Source: a virus. Taken from it: 41,043 nucleotides of DNA. A program made the position numbers and the translations under genes. The stretch is from the IMG/VR virus record IMGVR_UViG_3300021357_000001; one strand, 5' to 3'. Position 1 is the first letter of the stretch. The number at the start of each line of letters is the position of its first letter. Of the stretch, positions 1 through 5,518 are shown piece after piece. Under the pieces are notes generated by a model. That model searched no databases. It had not been told where the DNA came from and worked only from the letters and a program-made list of their open reading frames with translations.

Positions 1-127
1 GATTATGTGTCTGTCCACAACAGGTAGGTGATATGGCTCCTCTGGGTCACAGATAGTCATCCAGAATGGTACTACCTTGGGGCCAGACAGGTGCCACCCG
101 ATAGGCTCCCCTTCTATCATTGCCATT
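1..127. repeat. Terminal direct repeat, copy 1 (identical to 40917-41043)
   Basis: Nt 1-127 match nt 40917-41043 base for base. The repeat lies inside a coding frame, so it is probably a circular-assembly overlap (127 is a common maximal k-mer) or terminal redundancy. Confidence 0.95.
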
Positions 128-399
128 GCCTTCACCTTGTTCGTATTGAAGGTGGTCAGGCGAGCACTCCATCCTTCCCACGCCAGCGCCCTTGCCTGGG
201 TTATGTTGGTCTCCCATGACGTAGCTGGTGAAATCACCGCGACGATTGCAGCGAATCGTCTCGGCTCGACCCCACACTCTGCTGCCGCTTCCCAGACCTG
301 GTTGTGTGCCCTCATATACCAGGCCAAGCCTTCCCAGACCTGGAACGATGTGGCCTGGCGAATAACCTTCCAGAGATTAGCTTTTATATCTGGTTCCAC
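1..399 (-). CDS. 5' part of a hypothetical early protein that runs off the left edge and continues at 41043->40716 (about 199 aa once the ends are joined)
   Basis: The minus-strand frame is open from the stop TGA (405-403) down to nt 1. GTG 399-397 is preceded by GGGGGTGA (410-403); an alternative ATG lies at 315-313. Nt 1-127 duplicate the upstream end of ORF 40716..41042 in the same frame. Confidence 0.7.
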   Translation of the reverse strand, partial: MEPDIKANLWKVIRQATSFQVWEGLAWYMRAHNQVWEAAAECGVEPRRFAAIVAVISPATSWETNITQARALAWEGWSARLTTFNTNKVKAMAMIEGEPIGWHLSGPKVVPFWMTICDPEEPYHLPVVDRHII

Positions 400-428
400 T
401 TTTCACCCCCAAAATTCAAAGTGAGACC

Positions 429-457
429 AGCTTATCAGGTATTTTTGTGCTTGTCAA
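429..457 (-). promoter_or_regulatory. Putative sigma70-type leftward early promoter
   Basis: Minus strand reads TTGACA (457-452), a 17-nt spacer, then TAAGCT (434-429). It sits just upstream of the SD and GTG of the wrap-around gene. Confidence 0.45.
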
Positions 458-550
458 GACCCTGTTTTGTGAGAGAAGACTACTATTATGTACCTCTACA
501 TGTTGTGGTTTTGTGGTATTGGCCTTCGACTGCCGAGGGCATATACTGAA

Positions 551-652
551 TGGATACATATTGTAGGAGTACAATATGTATGGATACATATTGTACTGGT
601 ACATATTGGCCCACTACATATTGAGTACCTACATATTGTACCCATACAATAT
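551..652. repeat. Iteron-like array of the 9-mer TACATATTG
   Basis: Direct copies start at 555, 585, 600, 615 and 630, giving 15-nt phasing. The 15-mer TGGATACATATTGTA is exact at 551 and 581. Inverted copies lie at 571-580 and 644-652, and a degenerate copy at 496-504. The array lies in non-coding DNA between divergent promoters. Confidence 0.85.
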
Positions 653-701
653 CACCGACGGAATCCGTAAGAAACTCGTCAAAATTGGTGGTAAAGTGGT
701 A

Positions 702-730
702 TTGACAAGTGCCTCAGATAGGTTTACCAT
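702..730 (+). promoter_or_regulatory. Putative sigma70-type rightward early promoter
   Basis: TTGACA (702-707), a 17-nt spacer, then TACCAT (725-730). It shares the extended -35 TTGACAAG with the promoter at 457-452. Confidence 0.45.
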
Positions 731-848
731 ATCTAGCAACAACCGAATAAAAGCCGAGCGAAAAGGCAAACAGGTCAGGAAAATCTAAATCCTGACCAAA
801 AGGATGGACGGATAGGCAATCCAGAGATAAAGGCGATGAGGCAATGAT

Positions 849-1046
849 ATGACGAGGTATACCATAATCTGCACAGAGTGCGGAAGATACGCTGTAGTAA
901 AACCCCCGTTGTCTTTAGTTTGCTTACCTTGCAAGGTAGGTAAGCTATCCGATGCGGAGTTTGTGGCACTAGCAAAAAAAGCATCAACGCCTTGGGAAAG
1001 AGATAGGTTAATGGATGCCAAGCTAGTGTATGAGGGGAAACTATGA
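849..1046 (+). CDS. Small zinc-ribbon protein (paralog 1)
   Basis: 65-aa ORF with GAGG 7 nt upstream. Contains CTEC ... CLPC, and the motif C-x-PC-[KR]-VG-[KR]-LS-x-x-EF shared with the next gene. Confidence 0.75.
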   Translation: MTRYTIICTECGRYAVVKPPLSLVCLPCKVGKLSDAEFVALAKKASTPWERDRLMDAKLVYEGKL

Positions 1047-1252
1047 ATTATACGGACGGAAAATGTAGAAACTGTGGGATGTTCTTTCGGCACCTATCTG
1101 GTGCCCCCTGGTTATGCATCCCATGCCGAGTAGGAAGATTGAGTAATGAAGAGTTCCAAGTACGACTCTTTCTCTCTACGCCGGAAATTGCTAAAGAATT
1201 AACGGATGCACGACGGCAGTATTTTGAATCACGAGAGGCGCAAAGTGGATAA
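1043..1252 (+). CDS. Small zinc-ribbon protein (paralog 2)
   Basis: 69-aa ORF with an ATGA overlap onto the previous gene. Contains CRNC ... CIPC and the shared motif RVGRLSNEEF. Confidence 0.75.
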   Translation: MNYTDGKCRNCGMFFRHLSGAPWLCIPCRVGRLSNEEFQVRLFLSTPEIAKELTDARRQYFESREAQSG

Positions 1253-1535
1253 ACAGACTTTAACCTTCACCTTCGAGAAAGAAACCAAAAACACAATCCG
1301 CTACCAGGAACAGACCGATGGGAAGCCACCGGCCATCGGCAGTCTGTACGTCCAGAAGTGGGCGTTAGGAAACCCAGTTCCAGAAATCCTGCAAGTTGTG
1401 GTGTTCGGGACACCAACAGTCCCTGAGGTAACTGAGGCTGTAGAGTTTGCAGGTGGTGGGCTACCATCTGCACCGACACCAGATTCAGCATTGTCTGAGC
1501 CTTCAGCCCCGTTACCTAAGCGGGCGAAGGGGTAA
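1245..1535 (+). CDS. Hypothetical protein
   Basis: Track ORF 1206..1535. The likely start is GTG 1245, 6 nt after GAGAGG. The C-terminus is rich in Pro, Ser and Ala. Confidence 0.55.
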   Translation: MDKQTLTFTFEKETKNTIRYQEQTDGKPPAIGSLYVQKWALGNPVPEILQVVVFGTPTVPEVTEAVEFAGGGLPSAPTPDSALSEPSAPLPKRAKG

Positions 1536-1538
1536 GGT

Positions 1539-1661
1539 ATGCTTGCACTGGCGATGATAGCTGGACTTGTGGCAGTGGCGTCAATGATGTCACTCCCTGA
1601 TAGTCTAGCGGTGGGCGCACTAGCGGGACTATTGTTGGTACGCCTACTACGAATAACATAG
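1539..1661 (+). CDS. Possible 40-aa membrane peptide
   Basis: ATG 1539 lies 6 nt after GAAGGGG. Translation is MLALAMIAGLVAVASMMSLPDSLAVGALAGLLLVRLLRIT. It is below the 60-aa cutoff of the ORF track. Confidence 0.3.
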   Translation: MLALAMIAGLVAVASMMSLPDSLAVGALAGLLLVRLLRIT

Positions 1662-1740
1662 CCAACGGCTCCGATATAGGCTCGTGGCAAGTCTAATGCC
1701 AGTGTCGCCATAAAACCAAAACACTGGCATAGGGAGAAAT

Positions 1741-2028
1741 ATGTTTGCAGAGAGAGTTAAAGCTGCGCTTGCTCAGTTTCCAGCCGAGTTTACCTGGGAG
1801 AGTTGCTATGGGATGGAGTATCTCTACGTAGAGATAGGGGAAAGACGTAAGGAAGTCTTCGTCCTAACACCCCATGAGGTGTTAGGAGAAGACCGACGCA
1901 GTCTCACGCCTTACCAGGCATACCTGGAACTGGAAAAAGCTAAGAATGACTTGGCCTACTTCCAAGCTAGCTTGGAAGACTGGTTAGCAGAGTTTGAGTA
2001 TCTGGTAGAGTGCGCTAAGTCTGACTAG
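1741..2028 (+). CDS. Hypothetical protein
   Basis: 95-aa ORF with GGGAGA upstream of the ATG. Confidence 0.6.
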   Translation: MFAERVKAALAQFPAEFTWESCYGMEYLYVEIGERRKEVFVLTPHEVLGEDRRSLTPYQAYLELEKAKNDLAYFQASLEDWLAEFEYLVECAKSD

Positions 2029-2031
2029 GCA

Positions 2032-2066
2032 ATAGGTCAGTCCAACTTGCGACTGGACTGACCTAT
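2032..2066 (+). terminator. Strong hairpin after the rightward early operon
   Basis: A 13-bp perfect stem, ATAGGTCAGTCCA (2032-2044) paired with TGGACTGACCTAT (2054-2066), with a 9-nt loop. It begins 3 nt after the stop codon. The U-tract that follows is weak. Confidence 0.5.
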
Positions 2067-2124
2067 CCGCTTGTCTAGCGTAGTTGAGACAAGGTATCAA
2101 GTGCAAGTAAGTGTACAATTACCT

Positions 2125-2230
2125 GGAAGTAAGTGAGTGTTCACTTACTTGCTGGTAAGTGAACGTTTACTTACAAGTTGGTAAGTAATGGCTTACTTAC
2201 TTGTTGGTAAGTGAGTGCTTACTTACCAGC
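2125..2230. repeat. Four tandem 26-bp units, each containing a palindrome GTAAGTRA-N2-4-TYACTTAC
   Basis: Palindrome centres at about 2138.5, 2164.5, 2190.5 and 2216.5, exactly 26 bp apart. The first unit is a perfect 10-bp inverted repeat, AAGTAAGTGA-gtgt-TCACTTACTT. Confidence 0.85.
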
Positions 2231-2234
2231 ATGT

Positions 2235-2288
2235 CGGGGGGCGTACAATCTTGTACGAAAGTGTACGAAGTTGTACAGACGTTCCCCC
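2235..2288. repeat. Four 10-bp-phased (T)GTAC repeats enclosed by a G6/C7 clamp
   Basis: GTAC occurs at 2243, 2253, 2263 and 2273. The repeats are flanked by GGGGGG (2235-2240) and CCCCCCC (2284-2290). Confidence 0.8.
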
Positions 2289-2291
2289 CTC

Positions 2292-2310
2292 GCGCTCTGA
2301 TTCAGAGCGC
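2292..2310. repeat. Palindrome GCGCTCTGA-t-TCAGAGCGC
   Basis: Perfect 9-bp arms, followed by an AT-rich tract at about 2325-2365. Confidence 0.8.
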
Positions 2311-2458
2311 ACATTCTGTTACGCTCTTTTCGTATTAAATTTTAGGTTTTAATAGACTAAAAACGCAACTCACCTCAAGTTGCCTAGAGCATGGGGTAGG
2401 TGGGCTTGTCCTCAGCCCTTCAGTCTTGAAGTGCTTGTTGCGGAGATAACATGCGAAA

Positions 2459-2515
2459 GGGTACATACTATATATAGTATGTACCCATTTCAAATAATGC
2501 AAGGTCTTCGCAAGG
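2459..2515 (+). promoter_or_regulatory. 57-nt composite element, copy A (28-bp perfect palindrome + ATTTCAAATAAT + GCAAGG-N5-GCAAGG)
   Basis: Palindrome GGGTACATACTATATATAGTATGTACCC (2459-2486). The tail is identical to the reverse complement of 37782-37800, with GCAAGG at 2499 and 2510. Confidence 0.85.
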
Positions 2516-2622
2516 CTAGAGATGGGGTACTCGTAGGGTGTACGAAGGAAAAGGGGGGATGTTCGCAGGATTGCTCGCACCGATGCTTTGCGAGCATATT
2601 TGCGGGGGAGTTAATTGGGTGG

Positions 2623-2847
2623 TTAGCCGCATATCAGGGTGACTACAGTAATACCAAACAATACCCCCACCAGAGCTGTAATAATCATACACACCACAAA
2701 GCATCCACGCCCAAGTTTTTGCCAAAGTCTGTGTTTCTTAACCATGATAAACATCATTGCCTCCTTCATGCCGTGAGACTTTTGATAAGCAGAAACAGCA
2801 GCAACATTGCGAACAGTCCACCAAATATTACCAGCCCTATGATACAC
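2623..2847 (-). CDS. Possible small membrane protein downstream of thyX
   Basis: 74-aa track ORF with a hydrophobic C-terminal half, CFVVCMIITALVGVLFGITVVTLI. An internal AAGGAGG suggests a shorter product of about 43 aa starting near 2754. Confidence 0.25.
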   Translation of the reverse strand: MYHRAGNIWWTVRNVAAVSAYQKSHGMKEAMMFIMVKKHRLWQKLGRGCFVVCMIITALVGVLFGITVVTLICG

Positions 2848-2881
2848 CCAAACAAAAACGGGTCTCTGTTATTCTCGTACA

Positions 2882-3685
2882 TTACTCTCCTCCTTCTACC
2901 AGTGCGGCCAGGCTAATCGGATATGCAAACTGGGCCAGCCTCCACACCGCATATGCATACTCCCTTATCTCGGCTTGTGCTTTGTCGGCTAGGCGCTCGT
3001 TGAGGAAGTGTGCCACAGCCGCCAGGCTTGCCGTCCAGCGCCAGGTCAAGTAGAGGCTATAGGCGGGCAGGAACAGCCTGGCCTGCTCCGGCGCAATAAC
3101 CTTGATTGCAGAGTGGTAGAGCCGAAGGCCCTCCTCAATGTATTGGACTAGGGCATCCATCCATCTGTCCTCGCAATCCACAGGCTCCTCTCCGCTTCCC
3201 TGTTTCCTGTTAGCTGGGGGGCTTCTCCACTTGCTGGGAATGTAAAACTCTGGCTCGCTAGTCACGTATCGCCTGCTACTCTCATTGCGGGCGTACATCG
3301 GGTCATCAAACCCTGCATCATCGGTGTGGGTACTGCCGACCCGATACTTGAACCATTGTCGTGCCACCATGAGCGGTGCCTTCACCTCAAATGAGAGGAT
3401 AGCGTGGCGGAATGGGGATGTCTCATATCGCCCAGCCAGGAAACGTATCAGCCTCACATCCTTGTCCGTTAGCTCATACGACTCCTTAAGGAACGACACC
3501 CTTGCTGCGTTCACTACTGTCAGGTCGTTTTGCTCCAGCCGCTCGACTAGCGCATCATGCGACCCACCCTCACTAATAATCTGGTACGCCTCACCCATTG
3601 CCCAGGGCATCCATGTCACCAGTCTCACGTACCCCTTGTCCAGACACCTTATCTTTAGCTCCGTGTGTTCTTTCTTTTTCAACAT
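2882..3685 (-). CDS. thyX: Flavin-dependent thymidylate synthase ThyX-like protein (divergent)
   Basis: Contains ThyX-like blocks: KGYVRLV near the N-terminus, RHAILSFEV...ARQWFKYR...ESSRRYV, and ARLFLP...AQAEIREYA. The likely start is ATG 3685 rather than GTG 3709. Confidence 0.75.
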   Translation of the reverse strand: MLKKKEHTELKIRCLDKGYVRLVTWMPWAMGEAYQIISEGGSHDALVERLEQNDLTVVNAARVSFLKESYELTDKDVRLIRFLAGRYETSPFRHAILSFEVKAPLMVARQWFKYRVGSTHTDDAGFDDPMYARNESSRRYVTSEPEFYIPSKWRSPPANRKQGSGEEPVDCEDRWMDALVQYIEEGLRLYHSAIKVIAPEQARLFLPAYSLYLTWRWTASLAAVAHFLNERLADKAQAEIREYAYAVWRLAQFAYPISLAALVEGGE

Positions 3686-3692
3686 GGTTTCA

Positions 3693-3722
3693 ATTTTATC
3701 ACACCCCACTTCTCCCTGTCAA
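3693..3722 (-). promoter_or_regulatory. Putative thyX promoter (leaderless)
   Basis: Minus strand reads TTGACA (3722-3717), an 18-nt spacer, then TAAAAT (3698-3693). The ATG follows 7 nt later and there is no SD. Confidence 0.4.
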
Positions 3723-3725
3723 CCG

Positions 3726-3734
3726 TGCTATAAT
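3726..3734 (+). promoter_or_regulatory. Putative extended -10 promoter for the packaging/structural operon (leaderless)
   Basis: TGCTATAAT at 3726-3734. ATG 3741 lies 6 nt downstream and there is no SD. Confidence 0.4.
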
Positions 3735-3740
3735 AGTACC

Positions 3741-4076
3741 ATGCCAAACGACCTAGCGAAAAGGCCAGTAGGCCGACCACCCACTGTCCAGGCTCAGGCC
3801 CTCGCATACGAAAAGACAGCTCGTCAAATACAGGCAGCAGTAAGGGGGGCGCTTGGCACGATAGCAGAACGTTACCCAGACCTCCTAGACAAAGCCTTCG
3901 AGATTGCGCTGGGCGGAGACCGCTCCATGCTCAAGTTTCTAATCGAGCTGCCGACCCGATTCATGCCAGAGATGGCAGACGAGGACTCCCCATTTGCCAA
4001 GTTGGTTGAGCGAGTTACTCTCAGCCGCACCAGGACTGCTATACTCCCGCAGGCCCCAGATGAGGAGCAGGCGTGA
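3741..4076 (+). CDS. Small terminase-like protein (N-terminal HTH)
   Basis: The start is internal ATG 3741 of track ORF 3285..4076; the upstream part of that ORF is antisense to thyX. The N-terminus KRPVGRPP is terS-like, and the gene sits immediately upstream of terL with a GTGA overlap. Confidence 0.55.
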   Translation: MPNDLAKRPVGRPPTVQAQALAYEKTARQIQAAVRGALGTIAERYPDLLDKAFEIALGGDRSMLKFLIELPTRFMPEMADEDSPFAKLVERVTLSRTRTAILPQAPDEEQA

Positions 4077-5518
4077 AGGTAGTGTGGCAGGACATCGCCT
4101 CTGAGGTACTTGGCACCCTTGGCATCACCCTGTCTGTGGAGCAAGCTGCTGCTTTCTGGTCTCCTGCACGTATTACACTTATTGGTGGGGGGGAAAGGGG
4201 TGGCAAGACCTTCATCTCCAGCCTCAAGGCCCTATGCTACTCCATTGCACTTAGCCTGACCGGACAGCTACCAGAAGTGCTAGTATGGTTTGTGGGGGCA
4301 GAGTATAAGGATGCACGGGCATCCTGGGAATCACCAGACCAACTTATCTCGTGGCTTCGTAAACTCGGTATGTTTAGCAGAGATACATTATCGATGCCCC
4401 AGGCCCGTGATGAGCCATGCTACCTCATTACCCGTGCGATTACTATGCCGGACGGCAGGCGAGTCACCCCCATCCGCTTCGAGACTGTCAGTGGGCATGA
4501 CCCCAGGGACATTGGGCGAGTCGAGCCGCACGTCATAAGCGGGGAGGAGCTGGGCCGCTGGCCCAAGGAACTTTGGGACAGATGTTATGGGAGGCTGGCT
4601 GCAAACTATGGTACTGCAATTGGTGTTTTTTCTGGCTCCTTCGAGTCTGACCAGCAGATGTTCGCTGAACTATTTGATATGGGTGCAGGCCCCAACACCC
4701 ACGACATCCAATCCTTCCCCATGCCTAGCTGGGCAAATCGCCAGAGGTATCCGGCAGGCCGACATGACCCCGCCATCGCTGACCTAGAATCAAGTATGTC
4801 ACCCGAACGTTTCATGGAAAGGCATGGTGGGAGGCCCGCTCCTCCCACCGACAGCGTGTTCCCAGAGTTTCGTACCATCCTGCATGTGAGGCAGTGTGAC
4901 ATGGTGATGGGGGAGCCAGTCTACCTCGCCATCGACCCAGCAAAGTACGTCTATGCGGTGGAGTTTGTGCAGCCAGTAGGGGGAGAAGTCCATGTCCTCG
5001 ACGAAGTATACCTTTACCAAACTACACACGAGCAAGTCATTGCTGAAACGGTTAACCGTCCGTTGTGGCGATACGTGACTGGTGGAGTGATTGATTGTGC
5101 GGGGGAGCGCCACCCATTCGGTCTTATGAGTGCAGCGGAGGCATGGCGTCGTGACACCGGCCTCACCCTCTCCTCCCAATACCTAAAACTTGACCAAACG
5201 ATAGAGCGTGTGCGAAGTACACTCAGCATCTCCCCCATCACCCATCGGCCTCGTCTCGCCATCGCCCCGACCTGCCGTGGCATGATAGCTGAGTTTGGTG
5301 GGGGGCCGTCCCCCATCCCTCGTGGTGGGAGGTGGCGTATGCAAGGGAAGACCCCTCGCACCGACAATTGCGATGCGGTGAAGGCACTAGGCTATCTACT
5401 CAGCCATCTCTACGGCACTCTGCGTCTCGACTTTCTCCCCGAACCAACTGAGCCAGTCACATACCTAACTCAGCGGCCCATGTCCCACCGCCAGGCCAAC
5501 TATCGGAGCAAACCTTGA
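4073..5518 (+). CDS. terL: Terminase large subunit
   Basis: 481 aa with Walker A-like GGERGGKT. The C-terminal half is nuclease-like: LAIDPA, VIDCAGE and NCDAVKALGY. The gene lies upstream of the portal gene, and GAGGAG precedes the GTG start. Confidence 0.85.
   Translation: MKVVWQDIASEVLGTLGITLSVEQAAAFWSPARITLIGGGERGGKTFISSLKALCYSIALSLTGQLPEVLVWFVGAEYKDARASWESPDQLISWLRKLGMFSRDTLSMPQARDEPCYLITRAITMPDGRRVTPIRFETVSGHDPRDIGRVEPHVISGEELGRWPKELWDRCYGRLAANYGTAIGVFSGSFESDQQMFAELFDMGAGPNTHDIQSFPMPSWANRQRYPAGRHDPAIADLESSMSPERFMERHGGRPAPPTDSVFPEFRTILHVRQCDMVMGEPVYLAIDPAKYVYAVEFVQPVGGEVHVLDEVYLYQTTHEQVIAETVNRPLWRYVTGGVIDCAGERHPFGLMSAAEAWRRDTGLTLSSQYLKLDQTIERVRSTLSISPITHRPRLAIAPTCRGMIAEFGGGPSPIPRGGRWRMQGKTPRTDNCDAVKALGYLLSHLYGTLRLDFLPEPTEPVTYLTQRPMSHRQANYRSKP

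Noticed and set aside
488-788. Plus-strand ORFs 488..670 and 576..788, and minus-strand ORF 416..604, encoding Tyr/Ile/Leu-rich peptides
   Set aside because: Their odd composition is simply the translation of the TACATATTG repeat array. They have no SD and lie between two promoters.
2125-2230. Possible CRISPR array
   Set aside because: The 26-bp units are contiguous with no unique spacers. There are only four copies and each is internally palindromic. This is an iteron or operator-like tandem repeat, not a CRISPR array.
2380-2916. 178-aa plus-strand ORF spanning the non-coding gap
   Set aside because: It runs through the 28-bp palindrome and the conserved 57-nt element. It has no SD, has low-complexity composition, and overlaps the 3' end of thyX. 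I treat it as spurious.
3285-3740. N-terminal 152 codons of the 263-aa plus-strand ORF 3285..4076
   Set aside because: This part is antisense to the motif-supported thyX gene and has Ser-rich, low-complexity content. The real gene most plausibly starts at ATG 3741, just after a TATAAT box.
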